A DNA stretch of 64,000 nt from a virus: positions 18,287 through 82,286 of IMG/VR virus record IMGVR_UViG_3300024999_000073. One strand, 5' to 3'. The translations under genes were made by a program, and so were the position numbers. Below are positions 1 to 9,805 of this stretch, in pieces; positions within the stretch are counted from its first letter, which is position 1; the number at the start of each line of letters is the position of its first letter. Below the pieces are notes generated by a model. That model was given only the letters and a program-made list of their open reading frames with translations. It did no database searches and had not been told where the DNA came from.

Positions 1-1
1 G

Positions 2-763
2 TATTGGCGCGGATTAATCACGGGGGATGCCTCTCTTGCTCCATATAACAACGACGAGTGGTCTGACAATATTCGCATTCTCCTGGAGGCGGATCGAACG
101 GTAGCGTCTATCATTGGGGGTTATCTAAATAATCTTCAAGTTTATTATGCCTCAGGAACGACCGTCTATCTCTTTTCAGGTGCAGCAATAGTCGATGGGA
201 AACTATATGTAAATACCGACAACATTTCATTTGCTATAACCGTTCCAGGTGCAGGGGTAAATACATATAGGATCGTTCTCAGAAAATCTTGGGCAGCGCA
301 GACGATTGTGGCTGCTAGGCTTGAACTATTAGGCGGCCCCGGATATCCTGTGTTAACTCAAAATGATGGCGTGATATGGGAAGTTCCGCTGGCGAATATT
401 ACAGTCGCCCCTGGACCTGTTGTCACATTAGTGGATGCCAGAAGATATTTGAACACCAGTCAGTATCGCGATCTCAGTTCGATGAATCTTACCAAAGATA
501 ACCGGCAAAAAATGCAGTGTGGGGTAGTGCGTTGGACTGGCGGTGCATCATCCAATGGCAATGTGACAGTCACATTCCCACAACCGTATGATATTGCCGA
601 TTCAATAGTAGTGGTCAGTCATCTCGGTAATTTCAACGTCAACCTAGTAACCAATAGTCCAAATACTACACAATTTACGATATATTGGGAGGATCGAGAT
701 GGAGCAACACACACTCAGGTAGATATAGCCTGGATAGTTATGGGGATGAAGGAGCAGCTATGA
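2..763 (+). CDS. Baseplate/minor tail protein (BppU-like N-terminus, H-type-lectin-like C-terminus), 5'-truncated by window edge
   Basis: Frame is open from position 2 (YWRGLITGDASLAPYN...IGGYLN...YRIVLR) and aligns by eye with the next gene; C-terminus GNVTVTFPQPY...IAWIVMG. Confidence 0.65.
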   Translation, partial: YWRGLITGDASLAPYNNDEWSDNIRILLEADRTVASIIGGYLNNLQVYYASGTTVYLFSGAAIVDGKLYVNTDNISFAITVPGAGVNTYRIVLRKSWAAQTIVAARLELLGGPGYPVLTQNDGVIWEVPLANITVAPGPVVTLVDARRYLNTSQYRDLSSMNLTKDNRQKMQCGVVRWTGGASSNGNVTVTFPQPYDIADSIVVVSHLGNFNVNLVTNSPNTTQFTIYWEDRDGATHTQVDIAWIVMGMKEQL

Positions 764-1587
764 CTCAGCTAAGCTATTTTTGGGATGGCAGTACGATTGG
801 CGACGCCGCTCTGGCCCCATACAATATAGAAGACATCCATGCCCTGTTAGATATATTGTTTATGTCAGATAATACGCGCGAGGGAGTAATCGGCGGGTAT
901 CTCAATATGTTGGCCGTCACCAACACAGGCGGCCTGAATATGCAAGTAGACACCGGTGCAGCTTTAATCAAAGGATATTTCTATACCAATGACGCTGCTA
1001 AAGCATCAGCAGTAGTCATGCCAGGTGCGGGCTATAATTATTATACTTATGTATTGCGTTTGGACGTTGCCGCCCAAACTATTAGAGCAGTGGCGCTGGG
1101 GCCGAGTGCAAGTGGGTATCCTACAGTGACACAAACCGCGGCTACATGGGAGATAGAACTTGCCAGGGTGCGAGTAGACAATATTGGAACTGTATCAGTC
1201 ACAGACCGACGTATCCTACAACGCTGCAATGGGTATCAAACGATAAAACTGAGAGCGCGACAAGGTGGTAGCTCTGAAACAGCATATCTGGGAGGGTCGA
1301 ACAATTATGAGCCAAGCAAAGGTTGGCTGCTGATGGGTCTCAGCTATTTCTACTTTGGAGGGCCTGGCGCGCAATCTGGTGGAACACCACTGTCACAATA
1401 TTACACCGGAGAGCTTCCGAGTGGAAGCCTCATCACTATTATCGGCCAGGCGCGTACTACAGATGACAATATCTGCACTTATATTGAACCTTTCTGGCAA
1501 TGGTTGATATGGGTTGACGCAACAGGCGCTCTGCATAATGGTTTCTATATGCACTGGATTTGTGTTGGCATTTCTTGGGGGTATTGA
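760..1587 (+). CDS. Baseplate/minor tail protein (BppU-like), paralog of upstream gene
   Basis: ATG 760 after AAGGAG; SYFWDG...GDAALAPY...VDTGAALIKGYFYTN...WEIELARVRV. Confidence 0.65.
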   Translation: MTQLSYFWDGSTIGDAALAPYNIEDIHALLDILFMSDNTREGVIGGYLNMLAVTNTGGLNMQVDTGAALIKGYFYTNDAAKASAVVMPGAGYNYYTYVLRLDVAAQTIRAVALGPSASGYPTVTQTAATWEIELARVRVDNIGTVSVTDRRILQRCNGYQTIKLRARQGGSSETAYLGGSNNYEPSKGWLLMGLSYFYFGGPGAQSGGTPLSQYYTGELPSGSLITIIGQARTTDDNICTYIEPFWQWLIWVDATGALHNGFYMHWICVGISWGY

Positions 1588-2735
1588 TGACTGCTTCAAT
1601 AGCCGCCAGATATAACTTTGTTCTCAAAGACCAGGCGGGCGCATCGCTTGCTTTGTTCGATAACTTTAGCAGCCTCAATTTCGTGCGCGCAGTCGATGAC
1701 ATCGGGCAATTCCAGATCGCATTTGCAGACAATAGCGACAGCAGATTTGACCTTTTTGCCAAAGATTGCCTGAGCGAGATATGGAGAACAGTCCCAGGAG
1801 TAGGTCTTGATTGGTATTGTGAGTTTCGGGGATTTGTAAGACGTATTCGCAGGGAAACCGAAGAAACAGGGCACAAAATATTCCAGGTATCTGGATATGA
1901 TTACAATCATCTTCTCCAAAGGAGACAAATAGCCTATCGCCAGGGAACGACAAGAGCAGAGAAGGACAACTATATCGAAGACATCATGAAACAATACGTC
2001 GACGAGAATTGTGGCCCTGGTGCTAACCACGCATCAAGGATCCGCAATGGCGTCTTTACCAATTTCTCAATAGAAGCAATCAGCGCCTTACATACACAGA
2101 CTGCCAACTGGAAGGGCGACAGATCATTTCAACAGGTATTGTCAATTCTACAAGAGCTATCAAAGTTCAGCTTAACAACTGTACCAGCTTCCAGGTCTAT
2201 GGATTTTGGAGTCGAAGATAACGGCGCAGGCGCTTTCATCTTCAGGACATATATAGACCAGATGGGCGACGATAGGACAGCAGACTCGCTCACTGCAACT
2301 CCAGCAATCTTCTCCGTAGAACTCGGCAACCTTGCCAATATCGAACATGACCAGGATGGCTCCAAAGAGGCCAATGCAATGATCGTATTAGGCAAAGGGG
2401 AAAGGTCAACACGTAAGGTAATCTGCCGGGAAGACGCAACCGCGGGTGCATTATCGCCGTGGAACGATATAGAGACCATTGTCTCGGCCTCGTTGAACGA
2501 GTTTGAATATCAGTTGAATAACGCAGGAGATGCCGCCCTGCAGGAGCATGGCGCAATTGACTTATTTGCCGGAAAACCATTGCAGACTCCATCGACTCTA
2601 TATGGATTACATTACTTCCTCGGAGACATCATCACTATCCAACACGCAGGGATAGTTAGAGACAAGAAAATCAACAAGGTTTCTATATCGCTGGATGAAA
2701 AGGGTGATAAGATAGACATAGATTTCGAGGATTAG
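1587..2735 (+). CDS. Siphovirus minor tail protein (ReqiPepy6 Gp37-like)
   Basis: Coupled start (TGATG); N-x-x-IVLGKGE and YGLHYFLGDIITI motifs; tail context. Confidence 0.7.
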   Translation: MTASIAARYNFVLKDQAGASLALFDNFSSLNFVRAVDDIGQFQIAFADNSDSRFDLFAKDCLSEIWRTVPGVGLDWYCEFRGFVRRIRRETEETGHKIFQVSGYDYNHLLQRRQIAYRQGTTRAEKDNYIEDIMKQYVDENCGPGANHASRIRNGVFTNFSIEAISALHTQTANWKGDRSFQQVLSILQELSKFSLTTVPASRSMDFGVEDNGAGAFIFRTYIDQMGDDRTADSLTATPAIFSVELGNLANIEHDQDGSKEANAMIVLGKGERSTRKVICREDATAGALSPWNDIETIVSASLNEFEYQLNNAGDAALQEHGAIDLFAGKPLQTPSTLYGLHYFLGDIITIQHAGIVRDKKINKVSISLDEKGDKIDIDFED

Positions 2736-2745
2736 CAGGCAGATT

Positions 2746-4464
2746 ATGACACCAATTAGCAGCGATATTATCGAAGAAGTTGCGCGAGCAATATCTCATC
2801 TTTCTGATCGGATCCGCAATCTGGAATCTCAACAGACGCTCACCCCGGTAAGATATACCGTTTGGGGAGAAGGCTGGCTCACGACTAACACAGCCATTGG
2901 TGTAACAACTGTAACACTTTCAACACTTCCTCAAGGAATGGAGGCGCGCACCTTTTATATTATGATCGATGTCGGAACAAACGATTGTGAAGTCAGGAAA
3001 GTAGAAACCATATCTGATACTACAGTAACATTCGAGGCTACATTACAATATACTCACCTGGAAGGGGACCCTGTTAAATTCATCGATGCCGCCTGGCTAA
3101 ATGTAAAAGATTTCGGCGCGGTCGGGAACTCCGCCGTAAATGATGCTACGCCATTCCAGCGCGCTCTAAATCAAGTCCAGTACATCGCCACCACGTCGAA
3201 CAATAACACCGCCGTAGTCTACATACCATCCGGCTTCTACAAAATAACAACAGAACTGGCTGTCTACAACAATACCTCCATTATAGGCGACGGTTATGGA
3301 GTGCCAATCATCAAGAACCAGGCCGCCAGTGGGTCATACTTATTCAACTTCGGGACGGCAGCAGGCACTAGAATTAATATTACCATCAGAAATTGCGCTC
3401 TACAGGGAAATGGCAATGGCAGTGGAACATACGGCATAAAAATGCGGAATAGCAGCGCCATCAATATTCGGGACTGCGTCTTCTCGGCATTCGACGGATA
3501 TGCAATTAATGCAAGTTTCGCAGGAAATTCAAAAGCGCTGGTGCGTTGTTGCGAGTTCACAGGTATCTTTGGGGCATACGTTATCTACACTTTTATTGAC
3601 AGGTTCACCTTTATTGATAATCATATTATCTCCAACAGCAGTACCAGTAGTGCAATGCGCGTCTTAGGAGGCTACCACGTCACTATAGCCAATAATCACT
3701 TCGACACCAATAGCAATGCAAATTACGATTTGTATATCGTTGACGCCTATTATGTATCGATAACAGGCAATGTGTTTGACTCTGCCATAAGCTACGCAGT
3801 TCATATTGACGGATGCGTTGGAGTTTCACTCGCTGGAAACACGTCAGTTAACCATACCGATTATGCCTATAGGATAATAACGACAACGGATGTAGTAATG
3901 GGAGGCAATTCTATCGCGGAGCCGCAGAAAATTATTAGAACTGCGACTCCGAATAACGGTTTTATCAATTCTAATCGATGGGACAAATTCTTTAGTCCAG
4001 ATGAATTTGGCAACGTAAGTGGCATCCCGATGCTTGTACAATGGCTAGATGGAGGCTATGCGTGGTTGATGCCTCCCCTCGTAGATAGCTGGGTAGAGTT
4101 GTCTTATGCAATTCCATTTCGATTCGGGGATTATATACCCTGGAATTGGTGGATTTATTTTGCAATGGGTACTGGCGTGGGCGGGAACGTCAGACTAGTG
4201 CTCACGTCCAAGTTTTATCAAGATGGAGACAACATAGCATTTGGCGGCGATGTAATTCGTTATGATACCGTCCCTATATGGCCGGCTACACAGCTAAAAA
4301 CTTTTCGTATGCAAATGACACAATACAGCAATACAACCAATGGAGGGGCGGCGCAAGAATTGCATAGACTCAGGTTTGGGCGTCTTGGGAGTGATCCTTT
4401 AGACACATGCAATGCCAATGATTTATATTTCCTGGGTATAAATATGACCAACCCTAACTCGTAA
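2746..4464 (+). CDS. Tail spike / receptor-binding protein with pectate-lyase-like beta-helix
   Basis: NVKDFGAVGNSAVNDATPFQRAL...VYIPSGFY followed by beta-helix repeats (ITIRNC, VTIANNHF, VSITGNVF). Confidence 0.8.
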   Translation: MTPISSDIIEEVARAISHLSDRIRNLESQQTLTPVRYTVWGEGWLTTNTAIGVTTVTLSTLPQGMEARTFYIMIDVGTNDCEVRKVETISDTTVTFEATLQYTHLEGDPVKFIDAAWLNVKDFGAVGNSAVNDATPFQRALNQVQYIATTSNNNTAVVYIPSGFYKITTELAVYNNTSIIGDGYGVPIIKNQAASGSYLFNFGTAAGTRINITIRNCALQGNGNGSGTYGIKMRNSSAINIRDCVFSAFDGYAINASFAGNSKALVRCCEFTGIFGAYVIYTFIDRFTFIDNHIISNSSTSSAMRVLGGYHVTIANNHFDTNSNANYDLYIVDAYYVSITGNVFDSAISYAVHIDGCVGVSLAGNTSVNHTDYAYRIITTTDVVMGGNSIAEPQKIIRTATPNNGFINSNRWDKFFSPDEFGNVSGIPMLVQWLDGGYAWLMPPLVDSWVELSYAIPFRFGDYIPWNWWIYFAMGTGVGGNVRLVLTSKFYQDGDNIAFGGDVIRYDTVPIWPATQLKTFRMQMTQYSNTTNGGAAQELHRLRFGRLGSDPLDTCNANDLYFLGINMTNPNS

Positions 4465-4516
4465 ATATTCACGGAATTGGAGTATAATAACCTTACAAGA
4501 GTGAAAGGAGATCAAA

Positions 4517-4831
4517 ATGAACGAAATTGTGACTACAATAACTGCGATTACGGGGGCTGTATTGACAGTGTTGGCGTTCTTCGTACCAAAGTACGTCGAC
4601 GCAGAGCCACGCGTCAAGGCGCTGGTTATGATCGGCGCCAATCTTCTGGTGTCCGCGGTGATCTTTGTCGCCGGTTGTTATGGGTTCTCCAAAGCTCTGG
4701 AATTGCCGGAAGTGGTCTGTTCTACCGAGGGCGCGCTGACACTGGTACGCATTTTCCTGACCATGATCGCTGCAAACCAGGTCACGTACGTGGCGACTCG
4801 AAAAGTCCTCGAAAAAAACAAAGTAACCTGA
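4517..4831 (+). CDS. Holin-like membrane protein
   Basis: 104 aa, three hydrophobic segments, basic C-terminus, strong RBS, follows tail genes. Confidence 0.55.
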   Translation: MNEIVTTITAITGAVLTVLAFFVPKYVDAEPRVKALVMIGANLLVSAVIFVAGCYGFSKALELPEVVCSTEGALTLVRIFLTMIAANQVTYVATRKVLEKNKVT

Positions 4832-4859
4832 TCTCATAACTAAATAGCTGGAGGGATGC

Positions 4860-5189
4860 ATGACGCCTACACAACCACCCTCAGATGGCAACGCCGTCGA
4901 CAATCCTGGTGATGGCAATGTAACCATTGCTGTGGTAAAGAATGATCTATCACATCTGATAAGGATAGTCGAAGGATTCATTGCTGAACAGAAGTCCATC
5001 AATAAGAACCTAAATGACTCCGCTCTAGATCATACAATAAAGATCGAAAGAATCAAGACCAGAGTTTCATTGGTGATCGGCGTAAGCGGATTCTTGTTTG
5101 CAGGCATCACCACGATTTTGTTAGGTTTCTTCTGGCAACTCCTCACAAATCAAATTGCAATAGGAGCATCTCCGTCTCTAATTCCGTGA
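4860..5189 (+). CDS. Membrane protein (coiled coil plus C-terminal TM; holin/XhlA-like)
   Basis: Single C-terminal TM; lysis-type context. Confidence 0.45.
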   Translation: MTPTQPPSDGNAVDNPGDGNVTIAVVKNDLSHLIRIVEGFIAEQKSINKNLNDSALDHTIKIERIKTRVSLVIGVSGFLFAGITTILLGFFWQLLTNQIAIGASPSLIP

Positions 5190-5222
5190 ACATTCGCAGC
5201 ATTCATACACTTCTCCTCGAAA

Positions 5223-5255
5223 AGAACCGCGGCCCCCACCCCTGGCCGCGGTTCT
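5223..5255. terminator. Hairpin between convergent genes
   Basis: AGAACCGCGGCC-N9-GGCCGCGGTTCT. Confidence 0.7.
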
Positions 5256-5276
5256 GATTCCTGCTGAAATATATCT

Positions 5277-5534
5277 TTATGGGGACGGGGCAGGGTAAGG
5301 AGTAGGATTGTGATTATATTCGGGCACGCTGATGAGCGGATCGCTTTCGGTTGGATACAAGAACGAGCATATAGCGGCGTTCTGTTCGGTCTTATGAGCG
5401 CAGAACAAAACGCCGAACTGATTCGCTCTTGAAGTTGTGGGGACTGTAGAGGCTGTATTCATAGCGTTGCTACAGGCAAGCCCAGCAATCAAGAGGATGA
5501 ACAAAGCGCGGACAAAGTAGTGATCGAATTTCAT
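5277..5534 (-). CDS. Small lipoprotein
   Basis: Signal peptide with lipobox IAGLA-C. Confidence 0.55.
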   Translation of the reverse strand: MKFDHYFVRALFILLIAGLACSNAMNTASTVPTTSRANQFGVLFCAHKTEQNAAICSFLYPTESDPLISVPEYNHNPTPYPAPSP

Positions 5535-5578
5535 TGTGTATATTCCTTTCTAAGGACAGATTATCTACTTCCTCTCGA

Positions 5579-6211
5579 CTACTTCTGGCGGAACACACGT
5601 TTGACGTTCTTATAAGGCTTTCCACTCGCGCCAACTTCTTCTTTCCACTCGACCATGATGCCAGCCACGGAAGGCCCTTCGATAAGCAGTGGGGATTTCA
5701 GCATAGCCTCAGTCACACCGAGGTCTGCATCAAAGAGCTTGACCACTATATCAGCCCCACGATGGTCTTTCAAAGGCCATTTGAAAGGGCCAATATAGAA
5801 CTCAACGATGCCATCGGGCTGAACTATCAGCTTCTTGAGAGGCATCGTACCGGCATCGCTGGCGTGAGAAGTCGCCTGCGGCTCATGGGGAGCTTCGCCT
5901 TCCGGGGCCGGGGGTTGAGTCGCAGCGAACGCGCTCGGTTCTCTCGGTGCGGCCGGGGGAGGCGTCTGCAATGCTGTGGTTGAGGGCTTGCCTTCGGACT
6001 TGACTGCAGTCATCTTGTATCGCTCGAAGGCGTACATGATCGTGCTTACCAGGGTATCAATGGCAGACTTAGGATTACTGCCCTGGATGCTGAATTTCAC
6101 CCAAGCGCCGTTAGGTGAGAATAGGACGGTACTAAGCCAGGTAATCTCAGGCGTAGCGGGCGCTGTCTGCGACTCTTCTTCGCTGGGATTATCAGGGGGA
6201 ATTCCAAACAT
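5579..6211 (-). CDS. Hypothetical protein (two domains joined by a Pro-rich linker)
   Basis: 210-aa ORF with AAAGGAGAA RBS. Confidence 0.6.
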   Translation of the reverse strand: MFGIPPDNPSEEESQTAPATPEITWLSTVLFSPNGAWVKFSIQGSNPKSAIDTLVSTIMYAFERYKMTAVKSEGKPSTTALQTPPPAAPREPSAFAATQPPAPEGEAPHEPQATSHASDAGTMPLKKLIVQPDGIVEFYIGPFKWPLKDHRGADIVVKLFDADLGVTEAMLKSPLLIEGPSVAGIMVEWKEEVGASGKPYKNVKRVFRQK

Positions 6212-6214
6212 GTT

Positions 6215-6391
6215 TTATTCTCCTTTCGAGGGATCAATGAGGCGCTTTTCGAGCGACTCCATATAAGAATACAGAGCCAGGCGGATCATGGCAGAAACGT
6301 TTAGGTTCAATTTCTGTGAAAGTTCACGCAATTTTAACACCTGCTCTTTGGTGATCGTGATCGAGATACGTTCATATACATTTTTATCCAT
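6215..6391 (-). CDS. Ribbon-helix-helix (CopG/Arc-like) regulator, 58 aa, absent from ORF track
   Basis: Manual translation MDKNVYERISITITKEQVLKLRELSQKLNLNVSAMIRLALYSYMESLEKRLIDPSKGE; AGGAG RBS. Confidence 0.7.
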   Translation of the reverse strand: MDKNVYERISITITKEQVLKLRELSQKLNLNVSAMIRLALYSYMESLEKRLIDPSKGE

Positions 6392-6409
6392 AGATTTTCT
6401 CCTGGCCCG

Positions 6410-6535
6410 ATTATATCATTTAGTATGAGTGGATAAGAAGCAATTTTAGGGGCTAGTTGTTATCTTGTGAACATTCGCATAATTGGAAACTGGCCCTTGC
6501 CCGGTTAAAAACTGCCCCTAAATCTGTGTTAGAAT
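6410..6535. promoter_or_regulatory. Symmetric divergent promoter pair centred on palindrome TGTGAACATTCGCA (6466-6479)
   Basis: TG-A-TATAAT on - (6415-6410) and TG-T-TAGAAT on + (6530-6535), each 64 nt from the palindrome start on its own strand. Confidence 0.75.
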
Positions 6536-6565
6536 TGAACATGAGTTCAGAGAGAGAAAATCCCT

Positions 6566-7480
6566 ATGCTTCATAGTTATCCTTCAGTATATGCAATCGG
6601 CCATAAAGCAATCGAGGAAATATTTCTCGGTCCCGTATTAATCGAGGAGAAGATCGACGGGAGTCAATTTTCCTGGGGAATTATTGATGATGAATTGCAA
6701 TGCCGTAGTAAGGGCAAGCAGTTTATTCTTGACGCGCCAGAGAAGATGTTCCAGCGTGCGGTTGACTTTGTACAGGAAATCGCACCAATGTTAAAACCTG
6801 ATTGGGTTTACCGTGCCGAGTATCTACAGAAACCCCACCATAATACACTTGTCTATGATCGGGTCCCTGCACATAACCTGATTATCTATGACATCAACAC
6901 TGGCCTGGAAGATTACATGCCCTGGGAGAAGAAACGCGATGAAGCTGCGCGGCTGGGTCTAGAATGTGTGCCGTTTTTCTATCATGGCATAGTTCAGAAC
7001 TTCGATATGTTCAAAGATTTTCTTGACCATGTTTCTTGCTTGGGTGGTACAAAGGTGGAAGGCATTGTAGTAAAAAATTATGCGCTTTTCACCGCCGAGA
7101 AGAAAGTCGCGATGGGGAAATACGTCTCCGAGTCTTTCAAAGAAATCCATACCGGGGAATGGCGCAAGGCCAACCCAACAAGCGGCGACATTGTAGATAC
7201 GCTGATCGTAGCCTATCGGACGCCTGCTCGTTGGCAAAAGGCCGTTCAACACTTGCGCGACGCTGGAAATCTGGAATGGTCTACACGCGATATTGGCAAT
7301 CTTATCAAAGCCGTACCAGAGGATGTTCTCAAAGAATGTGAGGATGAAATCAAACAGAGACTTTTTTCTCATTTCTGGCCTAAAATTAGACGCGGCATCA
7401 CCGCAGGCCTGGCAAACTGGTATAAAGACGAATTGGCAAAATCTGCATTTGAATCTCACGATGAAAGTCCGAAACCGTGA
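6566..7480 (+). CDS. RNA ligase (Rnl2-like nucleotidyltransferase)
   Basis: Motif I EEKIDGSQF, motif IV EGIVVK, motif V KYVSESFKE. Confidence 0.75.
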   Translation: MLHSYPSVYAIGHKAIEEIFLGPVLIEEKIDGSQFSWGIIDDELQCRSKGKQFILDAPEKMFQRAVDFVQEIAPMLKPDWVYRAEYLQKPHHNTLVYDRVPAHNLIIYDINTGLEDYMPWEKKRDEAARLGLECVPFFYHGIVQNFDMFKDFLDHVSCLGGTKVEGIVVKNYALFTAEKKVAMGKYVSESFKEIHTGEWRKANPTSGDIVDTLIVAYRTPARWQKAVQHLRDAGNLEWSTRDIGNLIKAVPEDVLKECEDEIKQRLFSHFWPKIRRGITAGLANWYKDELAKSAFESHDESPKP

Positions 7481-7492
7481 TATACTACCTCT

Positions 7493-7603
7493 GGTTGCCG
7501 CCCACAAAGAAAACAATACCATTACTGTAGGAATCAGCCTCGTCGGATGGTGTTGTTTTTCCTGGGTGGCAATCTAGGAACATTAACTTCTACCGATGAG
7601 GCT
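7493..7603 (+). ncRNA. Structured leader (long hairpin plus potential pseudoknot) upstream of the replication initiator
   Basis: 7493-7504/7563-7574 (12 bp), 7510-7522/7547-7559 (13 bp), loop 7536-7546 pairs with 7593-7603 (11 bp); TGnTATACT at 7478-7486. Confidence 0.55.
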
Positions 7604-7633
7604 TTTCCATTTCTGGAAGAAAGGTATATCACC

Positions 7634-8767
7634 ATGAAAGGCTACCCTATGAATAGCAACGCGGTCGTAGAAGCGTTCGGAAGAAGGTCAATCACAGGCA
7701 ATGTGATTCCTATAGAGTGGTTCAAACATCTAAAGATGGATAGTGGTAAGCCGGATGTCAACGGCATGATGATCTTAGCGGACTTGGTTTACTGGTATAG
7801 ACCCATCGAAGTCAGGGATGAAATCACGGGGGAAATATCCTGGCGCAAGAAATTTGCAGGGAAGATTCTACAACGAAATTATCCACAACTTCAAAAGTTT
7901 TTCGGGTTTACTCGCGATCAAATTTACTTTGCCTTACAGCGCCTCAGTAAATTGGGAGTGATAATGGTTTCTCTTGAGAACATTAAAGTCGACGGAAGAT
8001 TTCTTGGAAACGTTATGTATATCGAATTGAACCCCGAAAAGTTTGATGAAATCACTTATCCCCCCCCCTCTTCTAATGCACTAGAAGAGGGGTATGCTAG
8101 TGCATTAGAAGACCCTCTTCTACTCCAGTCGCATACATATACAGAGACTACTGTACAGAGACTCCAGGATACAGAGAATTCTATTAAAGAGCGCCCGCTT
8201 TTTCCAGAAAAAACAGAACCAACAGCGGAAGAAATTCTAGGCGTAGAGGCTAAGCCGGTCCCGCCTCAACGACCTCCGCGTACAGCCGATGAAATCAAAG
8301 CTGAGGTTCGCGCATCCGTTGAGAAATTTCAAGAGCGCAGTAACGGCAAGAGCGCATTAGAATGCCAGGTTCACGATTACAGCCAAACAATACCTGAGAA
8401 CCTTCGCAACTTATTCACCGCCTTCTGCCTGAAATTTGGGCGCTTGCCTCTCAAGAACGAAAAGATTTATTGGATCAATGAGCTGGGAAAGCAGAAGGCA
8501 ATTGGGATCACACCACAGTTGATCGAGGCTGCTTTCGAGCATTGTGATAAAGAGGGCATTTGCATAAAATCGCCAGCCAGTATCACCGCATTTGCAGAGA
8601 ACATAAAACGTGTAAATGTTCACGCTGATACTCCTTACGCTGGTAAAACCGCCGATCAAGTCAAACGAGAGGCTATCATACATTATGGCGGGACATGGTC
8701 TGCGAGCCAACACAGGCTTATTCCTATTGCAGAATTAAAGGCCATGGGTAAGTGGAAAGATGACTGA
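7634..8767 (+). CDS. Phage replication initiator
   Basis: ITGNVIPIEWF...ILADLVYWYRP N-terminal wHTH-type domain; immediately upstream of DnaC-like ATPase; start 7634 or 7649. Confidence 0.7.
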   Translation: MKGYPMNSNAVVEAFGRRSITGNVIPIEWFKHLKMDSGKPDVNGMMILADLVYWYRPIEVRDEITGEISWRKKFAGKILQRNYPQLQKFFGFTRDQIYFALQRLSKLGVIMVSLENIKVDGRFLGNVMYIELNPEKFDEITYPPPSSNALEEGYASALEDPLLLQSHTYTETTVQRLQDTENSIKERPLFPEKTEPTAEEILGVEAKPVPPQRPPRTADEIKAEVRASVEKFQERSNGKSALECQVHDYSQTIPENLRNLFTAFCLKFGRLPLKNEKIYWINELGKQKAIGITPQLIEAAFEHCDKEGICIKSPASITAFAENIKRVNVHADTPYAGKTADQVKREAIIHYGGTWSASQHRLIPIAELKAMGKWKDD

Positions 8768-9590
8768 AGAATTTATCTCTGAATTCATAGATTTCGACGA
8801 GCATGGCAGAGTAAGGGAGAAACCTGCACTCCGTCATAAGTTAGAGGGATTGTTGCCCGAAGAACTAGATGCTATAAAACGGCGGCGCATGGAAGTGAAA
8901 TCGGGCCAATGCAAACCCGAATGTAGTATTTGTAACGGTAGCGGCTATTACAGGTGTGACGTGCCCATTGAACATCCCGATTTCGGTAAACTGTTTATTT
9001 GCCCAAACGTAGACAGGTGGAAACTACCGGGCGCGGTGCGTTATGGCATCACCGAAGAAGAAACCAGAAATCTAAGATGGGATGACCTGGATACATCTAT
9101 AGTCGGAGTCGAGCAGGCAATCCATGACATACGAGCGGTAATGGATCGAGGCTTTGGATGGGTAATGCTAAGCGGAAGCTATGGATTAGGCAAGACCATG
9201 ATGCTCAAGATAGCCATTGGTGCATCTATTAATGCTGGTAAAGACGCCGCTTACGTGCGCATGGCCGAAATCCTGGATAATTTGCGCGAAGGTTTTGATG
9301 AGCGCACGGGAGTATCGGAAACAGCCCGACTTGACTGGTGGACTGACCTCAAAATCCTGGCGATAGACGAAATAGATCGCATTCGGGAAACCGAATATGG
9401 AACAGAAAGGCGGTTTGTGTTATTGGATCGCAGATACGAGCAGGCGTGTAGACAACAAAGCATCACCCTACTTGCCAGCAATATCGAGCCGGAAAAACTA
9501 CCAGGATATTTATCGGATCGCATACTCGATGGTCGTTTTGCAGTTGTCAGATTTGCAGGAAAAAGCAAACGTTCGTCTATGGAGTGGTAG
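8760..9590 (+). CDS. DnaC/IstB-like helicase-loader ATPase
   Basis: Zn motif CSICNGSG...C, Walker A GSYGLGKT, Walker B LAIDE, LASN, SDRI. Confidence 0.85.
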   Translation: MTEEFISEFIDFDEHGRVREKPALRHKLEGLLPEELDAIKRRRMEVKSGQCKPECSICNGSGYYRCDVPIEHPDFGKLFICPNVDRWKLPGAVRYGITEEETRNLRWDDLDTSIVGVEQAIHDIRAVMDRGFGWVMLSGSYGLGKTMMLKIAIGASINAGKDAAYVRMAEILDNLREGFDERTGVSETARLDWWTDLKILAIDEIDRIRETEYGTERRFVLLDRRYEQACRQQSITLLASNIEPEKLPGYLSDRILDGRFAVVRFAGKSKRSSMEW

Positions 9591-9805
9591 GTGTGCATTG
9601 CAGAAAAGCGCGCCGCTTATTTTTGTTATGGCACCTTGATAAAGGCCATAGAGCAGGCTATCTGGCGCACGTCAAAGCCTGTCCAGATTGCCAGGCAGAA
9701 TTAAATCGCTTGATGGAACAGGAACGAGCAAGATTGCCGCTAAATCCATATACATTGGAGCAAGAAGCGACGCTAGACGAAGAATTGAAAGGAAATGAGG
9801 TATGA
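9584..9805 (+). CDS. Small zf-HC2 (anti-sigma-type) zinc-finger protein
   Basis: C...HVKACPDC (HxxxCxxC). Confidence 0.5.
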   Translation: MVGVHCRKARRLFLLWHLDKGHRAGYLAHVKACPDCQAELNRLMEQERARLPLNPYTLEQEATLDEELKGNEV

